Part shown: piece by piece, positions 39,123 through 48,838 of the stretch
Numbering within the stretch: the stretch's first letter is position 1
Layout: each line of letters begins with the position of its first letter
Assembly (NCBI GenBank): GCA_036803965.1
Contig: DAIRTI010000001.1
Coordinates: 704 to 64,703, forward strand
Direction of reading: 5' to 3'
DNA from: Propioniciclava sp.
GTDB lineage: Bacteria; Actinomycetota; Actinomycetes; Propionibacteriales; Propionibacteriaceae
DNA length: 64,000 nucleotides
The notes under the pieces: model-generated
The model's input: only the letters and a program-made list of their open reading frames with translations
Told to the model about the DNA's origin: nothing
Databases searched by the model: none
Program-made: the position numbers and the translations under genes

Positions 39123-40459
39123 GTGGAAATCCTGCGAGTGATAGTCGAACTTGCGGTCGTCCTCGGCTGCATCGTGATGGGCACCAGGTCCAGCGGCGTC
39201 GCGCTGGGTCTCTGGGGTGGAACCGGCGTTGCCGTGCTCGTGTTCATTTTCGGCGAGCAGGTCGGCAGCCCTCCGGTGGACGCCCTTCTCATCGTCTTCT
39301 CCGTCGTGCTGGCCTCGGCGACCATGCAGATGGCCGGCGGCATCGACTGGAGGTCTCGGTGGCGGCGAAACTGATCGCCCGCCACCCCAAACAGATCACC
39401 CTGATCGCACCGCTGGTCTCGTTCCTGTTCGCCGTCGGCGCCGGGACGTCCAACATCCTCTACCCGCTGCTGCCGGTCATCGCCGACCTGTCGTACCGCA
39501 ACGGCGTCCGGCCCTCGCGTCCGCTGTCGCTGTCGGTCGTGGCGACCGGCGTGGCGCTCGCCTGCAGCCCGGTGGCCGCGGCCATGGCGGCCATGGTCAC
39601 CCTGACCGACGTGCCGCCCTACAACTTCGAACTGATCGACATCATCAAGATCACCCTCCCGGCCGGCATCATCGGCATCGTCCTGACATCCTTCGTCGTC
39701 AACCGCCTGGGCCTCGACCTCGCGGACGACCCCGAGGTGCAGGAGAAGATCCGCTCCGGCCAGCTGGCCGCCCCGGACGCCAGCGCCGCGACCAGCCACG
39801 AGCTCACCTCGACCAAGGAGGGCCGCAACGCCGCGATCATCTTCCTGATCGGCGTGCTCGCCATCGTGGTGTTCGGCCTGTTCAAGGAGATCCGTCCCCG
39901 CGGCGCCGAGGGCGACCCGCTCGCGATGACGCCCCTGATCGAGATGCTGATGTTCCTGGTCGGCACGCTGATCCTGATGATCTGCCGCCCCAAGATCTCG
40001 GACGTCCCCGGCTCGTCGGTGTTCAAGGCCGGCATGACCTCGGCGATCGCGCTGTTCGGACTGGCCTGGCTGACCGACACGTTCATCTCGGCCCACTCCG
40101 ACCTGATCACGAACACGATCGGCAGCTGGGTCTCCGCGGTGCCGTGGATCTTCGCCGTCGGCGTCTTCCTGGTCTGCGTCCTGACCACCAGCCAGTCGAC
40201 CGCCACCCGGACGATTGTCCCCATCGGCCTCGCCGTCGGGCTCGCGCCCGGGCTCATCACCGGCTTCTGGGGTGGCGCGTTCGCCGGCATCTACGTGCTG
40301 CCGACCAACGGCTCCCAGATCGCGGCCGCCAACTTCGACCAGTCCGGCACGACCAAGCTGGGCAGCAAGCTGCTCGACCATTCGTTCTTCATCCCAGCCG
40401 TCGTCCTCGCGGTCACCACGATCATCCCGGGCGCCATCCTCGGACTGATCCTCGGCTGA
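39123..40459 (+). CDS. Anaerobic C4-dicarboxylate transporter (DcuA/DcuB family), frameshifted at ~39351
   Basis: 'GVALGLWGG', 'AGGIDW[M]V', 'HPKQIT.IAP', 'RPSRPLS', 'FDQSGTTK', 'HSF'; one T missing in ATG after GACTGG. Confidence 0.88.
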
Positions 40460-40520
40460 CCGTCGGCTTCGTTCAGCCCGGACGCCGACGCGCGAGTCGA
40501 TGTCCGGGCTGAGTCGGTTC

Positions 40521-41112
40521 TCAGCCGGCGCGGTAGGCGTCCCAACTCGTCTTGCACGCGCGGGCCAGCAGGTCGACGCGCTCGGGGTCGGGGTCGGGCC
40601 AGTCCGTCCCAGGACGCGCGATGTAGGCCGCGTTCGCCTCGCCCATGAGGAATTCACGGCGGAACTCGGCCTGCACCGCCGAGAGGGTGATCCCCGCCGC
40701 CTCCGCCTCGGACGCCAGCGCGGCGAACCGCTCGCCGGCGGTCGTGATCTCGTACGACCCGAGGTACGGCTTGTTGAGCAGCACGTCGGACTCGGCGCGC
40801 ACGGCGAAGCCGCGACGATGGCGGGTGCGGGTTCTCGACGTAGACGATCCGCGGGTCGAGCTCGGCCCAGCGGCGGGCGATCGGACTCACCGAGAGGTCG
40901 GTGTAGTCGCACTGCAGCCGGTGCGTGAACTCCGGGGCGAGGAACTCGACCAGCTCCTCCGGGATCGCCGACCCCGAGTGCGGACCGCTGACCAGCACGT
41001 CGGCGTCCTCGAGCGCCTCGTCGAGTGACCGCTCGCCGGAGGAGGCGTAGAAGACGATGTCCTCCGCCGCGAACGTGGTGCCGGCGGGCCAGTACTGGGG
41101 AACGCTGCTCAT
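40521..41112 (-). pseudogene. N-formylglutamate amidohydrolase-like gene, frame break / probable internal deletion at ~40821
   Basis: N-part 'VSGPHSG..IPEE', 'DYTD', 'VENPHP' joined out of frame to C-part 'LNKPYLGSYE', 'AVQAEFRRE'. Confidence 0.65.
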
Positions 41113-41191
41113 ACCGGCAGCCTAGGGTCGGGGCCGGTGCTCGACCCTGGCTTCGGTGCGCGGCAAGGGCTACCCCTCGGTGCGCTCGGCT

Positions 41192-42331
41192 TCAGGCGCG
41201 TCGCGCGGTCGCGACCAGCGCGCCGACCGCGGACAGGGCCCCCGCCACCGCGCAGGCGGCGACCGGTGATGCCGCGTAGAGCGGCAGAAGGGCCGGCACG
41301 ATCGCGGTGCCGACGAACTGGGTCGCCATGGTGATCGACGTAGCCCCGCCGATATTCCCCGGCGTGGACGCCACCGCCATCGAGTTCGTCAGGACGCGCC
41401 CCGCCGTCCCGGCGACGCCCGCCGCGGCGACCAGCGCCACCAGCGCCGCCACCCACGGTGCGATGCCGACCGCGGCGACCGCCGCCCCGCCCAGGACCAG
41501 CGCGACCGCCCCGACCCGCACGACGCCGTACCGCTCCGCGAGCCCGCCGATGTAGCGGCCGGTGAACAGGCCCGCCAGCCCGAAGCACGCCACCACCAGC
41601 CCGCGCGCCGACGCCGAGAGCCCGAACCGGTCGGCCGCCACGAGCGCGGCGAGCACCATCACCGCCGAGGACGCGAACTGGTTGCAGAACGCCGTCCCCG
41701 CCGACCGGACCAGCCGCCAGTTGCGCAGAGCCCGCCAGTCCGCAGGCGTCCGCTCGCCGCCGTCGGTGCCGCGCGTCAGCACCGCCAGGGCGATCGCCGC
41801 GAGGGCGGACGCCCCGAAGGCCGCCTTGTACGTCCACTCCGCCGCCAGGCCGCCGATGAACGGCGCGAACGCCTGGCCCGCCGCCTGGAACGACGCGTAG
41901 GCCCCCAGCGCGCGCGCCAGCCGCTCGGGAGGCACCAGCGTCGCGATCAGCGCGACGAGAAGCGGCGTGGTGAACGCGTTGGCCACGCCCTGCAGCGCCC
42001 GCCCGCCGAGGAAGACCGGCAGCGAGGACGCCACCATGCACAGCACGGACGCCGCCGCATACAGCCCGTAGGCCACCCGGATCGTCCGGGTCAGCCCCCA
42101 GCGGGCGCCGAGCGTCCCGGACGCGATCATCAGCACCGAGAACGGGATCATGTACGCCGTGAGCGCCGTCGCCGCGCCCGCCTCGTCGGTGCCGACCCCG
42201 GCCCCGATCTCGGGCAGGATCGCGTTCACCATCGCCCCGCCGAAGGGTCCAAGGAAGCCGCCCACGTAGAAGGGCCACAGCGCCGGCGTCCGATTCGAGC
42301 CCTCTGCGGGCTGGCCGGCGTCCGTTGTCAC
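41192..42331 (-). CDS. MFS transporter (DHA1-like)
   Basis: 'GGFLGPFGG', 'GRALQGVANAF', ~12 hydrophobic segments. Confidence 0.9.
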   Translation of the reverse strand: MTTDAGQPAEGSNRTPALWPFYVGGFLGPFGGAMVNAILPEIGAGVGTDEAGAATALTAYMIPFSVLMIASGTLGARWGLTRTIRVAYGLYAAASVLCMVASSLPVFLGGRALQGVANAFTTPLLVALIATLVPPERLARALGAYASFQAAGQAFAPFIGGLAAEWTYKAAFGASALAAIALAVLTRGTDGGERTPADWRALRNWRLVRSAGTAFCNQFASSAVMVLAALVAADRFGLSASARGLVVACFGLAGLFTGRYIGGLAERYGVVRVGAVALVLGGAAVAAVGIAPWVAALVALVAAAGVAGTAGRVLTNSMAVASTPGNIGGATSITMATQFVGTAIVPALLPLYAASPVAACAVAGALSAVGALVATARRA

Positions 42332-42422
42332 CGGGCGATCCTACGGCTCCCCGGAGTCCCCAGTGCCTGGACGCCCACGCGCGCGACCGGCAGATGGACG
42401 CCCGTGCGTTAGGGTCGGCGCC

Positions 42423-42776
42423 ATGGCCGTGGAGATGTCGGCGGAACGGTTCGACGCGCTGGTCGAGGAGGCGCTCGACGAGATCCCCGACGAGCTCTTC
42501 GCGCTGATCGAGAACTGCGTGATCGCCGTCGAGGACGACGCCCCGGCCGACGACCCCGACCTGTTCGGGCTGTACGAGGGCGTCCCGCTCACCGAGCGTG
42601 ACACGGCCTACTCGGGCTTCCTGCCCGACCGCATCCGGATCTTCCGCAACACGATCCTTGCGGCCTGTGACACCGAGGACGACGTGGTCGACGAGGTCTA
42701 CGTGACGGTCGTCCACGAGGTGGCCCACTTCTTCGGCATCGACGACGACCGCCTCGACGAACTCGGTTACGCCTGA
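42423..42776 (+). CDS. Zincin-like metallopeptidase (DUF1025-type)
   Basis: 'LFGLYEGVPL', 'LPDRI.IFR', 'VVHEVAHFFGIDD'. Confidence 0.92.
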   Translation: MAVEMSAERFDALVEEALDEIPDELFALIENCVIAVEDDAPADDPDLFGLYEGVPLTERDTAYSGFLPDRIRIFRNTILAACDTEDDVVDEVYVTVVHEVAHFFGIDDDRLDELGYA

Positions 42777-42864
42777 TCGGCTTCGGTGCCAGCCTCGGAG
42801 ATCCCGCCCGACACACTCGCGGCCGGATTCCTGCGCGACAGGGTGTGTCTACAGATTGCGCGTT

Positions 42865-42981
42865 TGCTGCATATGCGCAGACTGCCTAGTGAAAGCATCA
42901 TTGCGACGGTCTGGTGCTGCGTATACGCAGCAGCCACCCCTAAGAAACCGCCTTTGACAAGGGATGCTGCGTATGCGCAGC
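42865..42981. repeat. Three palindromic 16-bp repeats at exact 50-bp period
   Basis: TGCTGCATATGCGCAG (42865), TGCTGCGTATACGCAG (42915), TGCTGCGTATGCGCAG (42965); 34-bp unrelated spacers. Confidence 0.9.
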
Positions 42982-43252
42982 GAATAGTGGATTCTGAAAA
43001 GGTGCCTGCTCGCACGCCCGAGGAGGCTTCGGGCCAGCGGGTTCCGCCCCGGCCGGGAAGCAACAGACCTCGCCGGGAACCCAACCGCAGGGTATGTCCT
43101 CATGAATGCGTGATTTGTACGGAAACGCCGCTCTGACCCCCGCACCGAGCTCCCTGGAGACCAGCAGCGAGAGCGCCAAGCACGCCGAACGGCGTACCCC
43201 AGACCCCGTCGATACGAACACGGAGAGTCCCGGACAAGCGGAAAGCCCGGAC

Positions 43253-43295
43253 AAAGGTGAAGGGCCCCCGCACGTATGAGGTTCAGGGGCCCTTC
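43253..43295 (-). terminator. Terminator of the Ms1-like RNA
   Basis: GAAGGGCCCC (43259-43268) / GGGGCCCTTC (43286-43295) stem, followed by ACCTTTGT on the minus strand. Confidence 0.75.
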
Positions 43296-43536
43296 GGTTC
43301 GATCGGGAAGCTGGTGACGATTCCGATCTGCATCGGCATGGTGGGCGGATCTGACGCCGCGTCACCCGGCGTCCCTTCCGAGTTGCCCCGGAAACGAGGA
43401 TCCTGCACCTTGTTCGATGCGCCGCTTCCCACTCCAGTGCGTCGCGTCGGAGGATCAGAGTCGGCCTTGCGGCCTTCCGATCAACCTCCACGACGCTCGG
43501 TGGACCTTCCTTGCGGTTGGTCCCGCGGGCTGCGGT
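43253..43536 (-). ncRNA. Ms1-like RNA polymerase-binding RNA (~280 nt)
   Basis: 5' ACCGCAGCCCGCGGGACCAACCG...GTGGAGGTT resembles actinobacterial Ms1 homologues from memory; upstream TTGCGC/TAGGAAT promoter-like; 3' terminator; lies downstream of a HAD hydrolase; no credible ORF. Confidence 0.65.
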
Positions 43537-43683
43537 GAGATATTCCTATACCCGGGCTGACTAGGTGCGCAACAGTCTCATTCGAACTACAGTCGAGTAG
43601 TTCGCCGTCCACAGCGCGGCCCACGGGGGCCCCGGCTCAACGCCCGTCATCGTCCACAGATCGTGCACAGCGGCGTCCACAGG

Positions 43684-44484
43684 TCACCCTCTCAGCAGCG
43701 CCCGGATGACCCGTCCGACACCGGCGTCCCCACAGGCCCCGGCGCCCTCGAACCGGCTCTGCAGCAGGGGGTGGCCGTCGTCCATGACGAAGGCGCGGCC
43801 GGCCCAGTCGAGCATCTCGAGGTCGTTCGGCATGTCGCCGAAGGCCACCACCTCGGACGCCTCGACGCCCAGGTCGGCGCACAGCTCGGCGAGCGTCCGG
43901 GACTTGGTCACGCCCGGGACGCTCAGCTCCGCCATCCCGAACTGGTCGTGCACCAGCGAGGTCGTCACCGTCGCGAGCGCGCCGACGGCGTCCGAGATCT
44001 CGGACGCCAGCGCGTCGGTGCCCATCGAGCGGCTGTAGGCGAGCACCTTGACGACCGGGCTGACCCGCTCGACGAGCTCGGCCAGCGGACGCAGGAGCAC
44101 GCCCGGCAGGTTGCGGTGGTCCGACGGCGAGCCCGGCTCGGTGCCGAACAGGTCGCCGCGCTCCAGCCCGAACAGGACGCCGCCCACGGCCGCCGAGATC
44201 GCGTCGGTGATCTCGACCACGGCCGCGCGATCGAAGGCGTGCGAGCGAAGCACCTCACCGGTGGCCAGGTCGTACACGACGGCCCCGTTGCTGGCCAGCA
44301 CGTACGGGTGCAGGTCGGCGATGGGGTCGAGGCAGTCGAGCCAGCGAACCGGACGCCCCGTCGCGACCGCCACGGCCCAGCCGGCGCTGTGCGCCTCGCG
44401 GATCGCCTCGACGTTGGCGTCCGGGATCGTGCCGTCGGGGGCCAGGAGGGTCCCGTCGAGGTCCGTGACGACGAGCCTGATCAC
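43684..44484 (-). CDS. Cof-type HAD-IIB hydrolase
   Basis: 'TDLDGTLL', 'ATGR', 'SNGA', 'GVTK', 'FGDMPNDLEML'; GTGA overlap. Confidence 0.93.
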   Translation of the reverse strand: MIRLVVTDLDGTLLAPDGTIPDANVEAIREAHSAGWAVAVATGRPVRWLDCLDPIADLHPYVLASNGAVVYDLATGEVLRSHAFDRAAVVEITDAISAAVGGVLFGLERGDLFGTEPGSPSDHRNLPGVLLRPLAELVERVSPVVKVLAYSRSMGTDALASEISDAVGALATVTTSLVHDQFGMAELSVPGVTKSRTLAELCADLGVEASEVVAFGDMPNDLEMLDWAGRAFVMDDGHPLLQSRFEGAGACGDAGVGRVIRALLRG

Positions 44485-45422
44485 AGCCGGCTCTGCGTGG
44501 TCGGCCCGCCAGGACCCGACGGCGACGGCGACCCCGACGTGGGGGAGGCCGACGCGGTCTCGGACGGCGACTCCGAGGGCGACGGCGAGCCCGACCCGGA
44601 CGGCGACTCCGAGGGCGACTCGGACGGCGAGCCGCTGGGCGAGCCCGACGGCGACGCCGACGACGGTGGGGGAGAGGAGGGCGACCCGCTGCCGCCGGTG
44701 CCCGTCGCCGAGGTCGGCACGGGCGGAGGCGGCTGCTCCTTGGGGGCGTTCTGGAACAGCAGGATCGCGACGAGCACCGCCAGGCACATCAGCAGCAGCA
44801 TCAGCAGCCAGGACGCCAGGATCGACAGCCACCCCGACCGGTCGTTGCGCCCGGGCCAGGGCAGCGGCCACAGCCGCCAGAGGCCGGGGCGTCCCTGCTC
44901 GATCCAGTAGTGCTGGTAGTCGGGGCCGCTCGGACGCCCCTGGCTCGGCAACCAGGACAGGTCGATGTCGGCCAGCAGCCGGTCGGCCTCGGACGCCGCC
45001 CGTGTCGACCCGTCGTAGGCGAGCGCGACCCAGGGGGCCGCGGCCCCGTCCGCGCCTCCGGCCGGCGCGCTGGGGTCGTCGTCCTCGGCGCGGAACTTGT
45101 GCCCGAGGCGTCCCTCGGACTGGCCCTCGCCGCCGCGGGCGACGACGGTGTCGATGTGCATCTTGTTGACGGCGCCGGCCAGCCGGTCGCGCGCCGCGGC
45201 GTCGGAGGCAGCCCCCTCCGACAGCATCAGCACCATCACGGGAGTGTTGCCGTCGTCGTGGCCCACGAAGGCGACCCCGGACGCCGTGGCCGTCAGCCGG
45301 GCGTCCAGCCAGAAGGCCCCGATCTTCGGCGGGTCGTCGGGAAGCAGGGGGGTGAGGACCGCCGGTTCCGGCGCGACGGGGGGATCCGTCGCGGGATCGG
45401 TGTTCGGCGTCACGGCGTCCAT
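44481..45422 (-). CDS. Single-pass membrane protein with kinase-N-lobe-like start and Ser/Pro-rich extracellular tail
   Basis: 'PLLPDDPPKIGAFWLDARL...GVAFVG', one TM, SPS-rich C-terminus; no HRD/DFG. Confidence 0.75.
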   Translation of the reverse strand: MDAVTPNTDPATDPPVAPEPAVLTPLLPDDPPKIGAFWLDARLTATASGVAFVGHDDGNTPVMVLMLSEGAASDAAARDRLAGAVNKMHIDTVVARGGEGQSEGRLGHKFRAEDDDPSAPAGGADGAAAPWVALAYDGSTRAASEADRLLADIDLSWLPSQGRPSGPDYQHYWIEQGRPGLWRLWPLPWPGRNDRSGWLSILASWLLMLLLMCLAVLVAILLFQNAPKEQPPPPVPTSATGTGGSGSPSSPPPSSASPSGSPSGSPSESPSESPSGSGSPSPSESPSETASASPTSGSPSPSGPGGPTTQSRL

Positions 45423-45532
45423 TGTGCCCGACATGCCCACGTGCCCTCCGACGGCCCGGACAGGGTGCCCTCAGAAGCCTCGGGTATCGTGGCGCCTGGT
45501 CTCGCCGAGGCCCGCGACATCAGGAGATACGT

Positions 45533-46822
45533 GTGACGACCCCTAGCCAGAACACCCCCGCGGGAGCGGGTGACGTCCAGGCCGCCGCCCAGGTGCTCGG
45601 CGAGGCGATCGCCGAGGTGCAGCGCGTGATCGTGGGCCAGGAACACATGGTCGAACAGCTGATGGTCAGCCTGCTGGCGAAGGGCCACACGCTGCTCGAG
45701 GGCGTCCCGGGCACGGCGAAGACGCTGGCCGTCCGCACGTTCAGCGACGTGGTCGGCGGCGACTTCGCGCGCATCCAGTTCACGCCCGACCTGGTGCCGT
45801 CCGACATCGTGGGCACCCGCATCTACTCCGCGCGCGAAGAGAAGTTCGACATCGCGCTCGGCCCGGTGTTCGTGAACTTCGTGCTGGCCGACGAGATCAA
45901 CCGTGCGCCCGCCAAGGTGCAGTCGGCGATGCTCGAGCTGATGGCCGAGAAGCAGGTCTCGATCGGCGGCAAGACGTACCCGGTGCCGCAGCCGTTCATC
46001 GTCATCGCGACCCAGAACCCGATCGAGTCCGAGGGCGTGTACCCGCTGCCCGAGGCCCAGCGCGACCGCTTCCTGCTCAAGGTCGACGTGCCCTACCCGC
46101 GCGGCAACGAGGAGTTCGAGATCCTGCGCCGCATGTCGGTGTCGCCGCCGGCGGCCAGGCAGATCCTCAACCCGCAGCTGGTGATCCGGCTGCAGGACCA
46201 GGCGTCCCACGTGTTCGTCCACAACCTGGTGGCCGAGTACATCGTCCGGCTCGTCCTCGCCACCCGGACGCCCGCCGACTTCGGCATGCCCGACCTGACC
46301 CCGATCATCCAGATCGGCGCGTCCTCGCGCGCGACGCTGGGCCTGACGGCCGCCGCCCGCGCCCTGGCCCTGATCCACGGGCGCGACTACGTGCTGCCGA
46401 CCGACGTCCAGGCCGTCGCCAAGGACGTCATGGGCCACCGCGTCGTCCTCGGCTTCGACGCCGTCGCCGACAACATCTCCACGGTGCAGGTCGTCGAGCG
46501 GATCCTCGCGATGGTCCCCGCCCCGACCCCGGTCTGGAACAAGCAGCAGTCGCAGTCCTCGAACCGGACGCCGTCCGTCCCGCCGCAGGGACGCCCACCC
46601 CAGCCCGCCCCGCCGGTGCAGCAGGCCCCGGGAGCATCCTGGACGCCGCAGGCGTCCGTTCCGCAGCAGGCCCCTCATCAGGCCCAGCACGCCGCCCCCG
46701 CCCAGGGCGTCCAGGCGCCGACCGGAACCCACGGCGTCCAGGCGCCGCCGGCGGCGTTCGGACTGAACTATCCGCCGCCGGGTGACGGCCAAGTGCCGCT
46801 GCCGCCCCCGCGCCAGCCCTAG
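45533..46822 (+). CDS. moxR: MoxR-family AAA+ ATPase
   Basis: 'LEGVPGTAKT', 'RIQFTPDLVPSD', 'LADEINRAPAKVQSA', 'ATQNP', 'EAQRDRF'; P/Q-rich tail. Confidence 0.95.
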   Translation: MTTPSQNTPAGAGDVQAAAQVLGEAIAEVQRVIVGQEHMVEQLMVSLLAKGHTLLEGVPGTAKTLAVRTFSDVVGGDFARIQFTPDLVPSDIVGTRIYSAREEKFDIALGPVFVNFVLADEINRAPAKVQSAMLELMAEKQVSIGGKTYPVPQPFIVIATQNPIESEGVYPLPEAQRDRFLLKVDVPYPRGNEEFEILRRMSVSPPAARQILNPQLVIRLQDQASHVFVHNLVAEYIVRLVLATRTPADFGMPDLTPIIQIGASSRATLGLTAAARALALIHGRDYVLPTDVQAVAKDVMGHRVVLGFDAVADNISTVQVVERILAMVPAPTPVWNKQQSQSSNRTPSVPPQGRPPQPAPPVQQAPGASWTPQASVPQQAPHQAQHAAPAQGVQAPTGTHGVQAPPAAFGLNYPPPGDGQVPLPPPRQP

Positions 46823-46829
46823 GTAGCCC

Positions 46830-47882
46830 ATGGCCAAGGCGGTCGACTTCCATCCGCCCACCGATCCCGCACTGGGAGCGGTGGAGTCGGTGCTGCACGA
46901 GCCGACCGCCCCCACCCTGCCGCTGAACAAGCTCGCGCCCGAGGCGGCGCTGCGTCGCCTCGAGCTGACGATCGTGCGCCGCATGGAGGGCTTCCTGCAC
47001 GGCGACCACCGCGGGCTCATGCCGGGCCCGGGCTCGGAGACCAACGACGCGCGGCCGTACGTGCCGGGGCAGGACGACGTCCGCAAGATGGACTGGGCGG
47101 TCACCGCCCGCACCCAGATCCCGCACGTGCGCGACACGATCGCCGACCGTGAGCTCGAGGTGTGGGCGCTGCTGGACGTCACGCCCTCCATGAACTGGGG
47201 CACCGAGGGGGTCACCAAGCGTGACCTCGGCATCGCGGCGATCGCGACCATCGGCTTCCTGACCCAGCAGATGGGCGACCGGTTCGGCGGCATGATCATG
47301 CGTCCGGACAGCCTCAGCCGCATCCCGGCCCGCTCGGGCCGCATGGCCCTGTACGGGCTGCTGCGCCGGATGCTGGTCGAGCCGATCGTCCACGACCACG
47401 CGCCGGGGACGTTCGAGCTGGCGTCCGGGATCGAGGCGATGGCCCGGCTGCAGCGCCGCCGCGGCCTGCGCGTCGTGGTGTCGGACTTCCTCAACGCCGG
47501 TGACACCGAGCTCGACCCGAACGTGGAGCCCGACTGGGAGCGTCCGCTGCGGCGGCTGAGCGTCCGCAACCAGGTGCTGTGCGTCGAGGTCGCCGACCGC
47601 CGCGAGCTGGAGTTCCCCGACGTGGGCGACATCCTCATCCGCGACCCCGAGAGCGACTTCCAGCGCTACGTGAACACCTCCGACGACGGGGCGCGAGCGC
47701 GCTTCGACGCCGCGGCGGCCGCGCAGCGCGAGCGGACGCGCGTGGCGATCCGGCGCGCCGGCGCGGGCCACATCGCCCTGCGCACCGACCGCGACTGGGT
47801 CTACGACATAGCTCGGTTCGTGCTGGCCTACCGCCGTACCGCCGCGATGCTGCACACCCCGCCGCAGGGGGTCAGCAAGTGA
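46830..47882 (+). CDS. DUF58 domain protein
   Basis: 'RPYVPGQDDVRKMDWAVTAR', 'DVTPSM', 'VVSDF'. Confidence 0.93.
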   Translation: MAKAVDFHPPTDPALGAVESVLHEPTAPTLPLNKLAPEAALRRLELTIVRRMEGFLHGDHRGLMPGPGSETNDARPYVPGQDDVRKMDWAVTARTQIPHVRDTIADRELEVWALLDVTPSMNWGTEGVTKRDLGIAAIATIGFLTQQMGDRFGGMIMRPDSLSRIPARSGRMALYGLLRRMLVEPIVHDHAPGTFELASGIEAMARLQRRRGLRVVVSDFLNAGDTELDPNVEPDWERPLRRLSVRNQVLCVEVADRRELEFPDVGDILIRDPESDFQRYVNTSDDGARARFDAAAAAQRERTRVAIRRAGAGHIALRTDRDWVYDIARFVLAYRRTAAMLHTPPQGVSK

Positions 47883-48838
47883 ACCTCGGCGACGTCTTCC
47901 TCAACCCGGACCGGCTCTGGTGGCTGTTGCTCGTGCCGTTCCTGGTGGCGGCCTACGTGTGGATCATCCGGCGCAAGAAGCGCACCGGCATGCGCTACAC
48001 GAACACGGCGGTATTGGGCGCGGTGATCCCGAAGCAGTCGCAGTGGCGGCGGCACCTGGCCGTGGCGATGACGCTGCTCAGCCTGGTCGCGATCGTGATG
48101 GCGTGGGCGCGTCCGAACGGTGTCGAGCGGGTGCCGCGGGAGCGGGCGACGATCGTGCTGGTGATCGACGTCAGCCAGTCGATGCGGGCCACCGACGTGA
48201 AGCCGAACCGTATGGACGCCGCCAAGCAGCTGTCGGAGGACTTCGCCAAGAGCCTGCCGGCCAAGTACAACCTGGCGATCGTCGCCCTGTCGGGCAGCCC
48301 CTCGGTGAAGCTGCCTCCGACGACCGACCGCGGGCTGGCCCTGCGGGCGATCGAGGCGCTCACGACCCAGGACTCGACCTCGGTCGGCCCCGCCCTGCTG
48401 ACCGCCCTGGCCGCGATCCAGATGGCGCCGAAGGGTGACGACGGCAGCACGGCGCCCGGCGCGGTCGTGCTGCTCAGCGACGGCTCGAACAACGGCAACT
48501 CCTCGCCGATCCAGGCCGCCGAGCAGCTCGCCAAGGCCAACATCCCCGTCTACACGATCGCGTACGGCACCGACAACGGGTCGGTCGACCTCGACGGCGT
48601 CCGCAACGTCGTGCCGCCCGACCGCGAGCTGATGCAGCGCATCGCGCAGGAGACGAAGGGCACCTACAGCGCGGCCGAGAGCGCGGGGCAGCTCGACAGC
48701 GTCTACAAGAACCTCTCCTCGCAGGTGGGGTACGAGGAGGTCAAGAAGGAGACCACCGCGATGTGGGCCGGCTACGCCCTCGCGTTCGCCGTCGTCGCCG
48801 CCCTGGCCGCCGTGTCTCTGGGAGCCAGGTGGCCCTGA
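47879..48838 (+). CDS. vWA domain membrane protein (BatA-like)
   Basis: MIDAS 'DVSQSM', 'LLSDG', N- and C-terminal TM; GTGA overlap. Confidence 0.92.
   Translation: MNLGDVFLNPDRLWWLLLVPFLVAAYVWIIRRKKRTGMRYTNTAVLGAVIPKQSQWRRHLAVAMTLLSLVAIVMAWARPNGVERVPRERATIVLVIDVSQSMRATDVKPNRMDAAKQLSEDFAKSLPAKYNLAIVALSGSPSVKLPPTTDRGLALRAIEALTTQDSTSVGPALLTALAAIQMAPKGDDGSTAPGAVVLLSDGSNNGNSSPIQAAEQLAKANIPVYTIAYGTDNGSVDLDGVRNVVPPDRELMQRIAQETKGTYSAAESAGQLDSVYKNLSSQVGYEEVKKETTAMWAGYALAFAVVAALAAVSLGARWP

Noticed and set aside
42865..42981. Formal CRISPR array call
   Set aside because: Only three 16-bp imperfect repeats, shorter than typical CRISPR repeats, with no cas genes or clear leader in the window; kept as an unexplained repeat
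43582..43604. LexA (SOS) box upstream of the Ms1-like RNA
   Set aside because: CGAAC and GTTCG half-sites are 12 nt apart rather than the required 4
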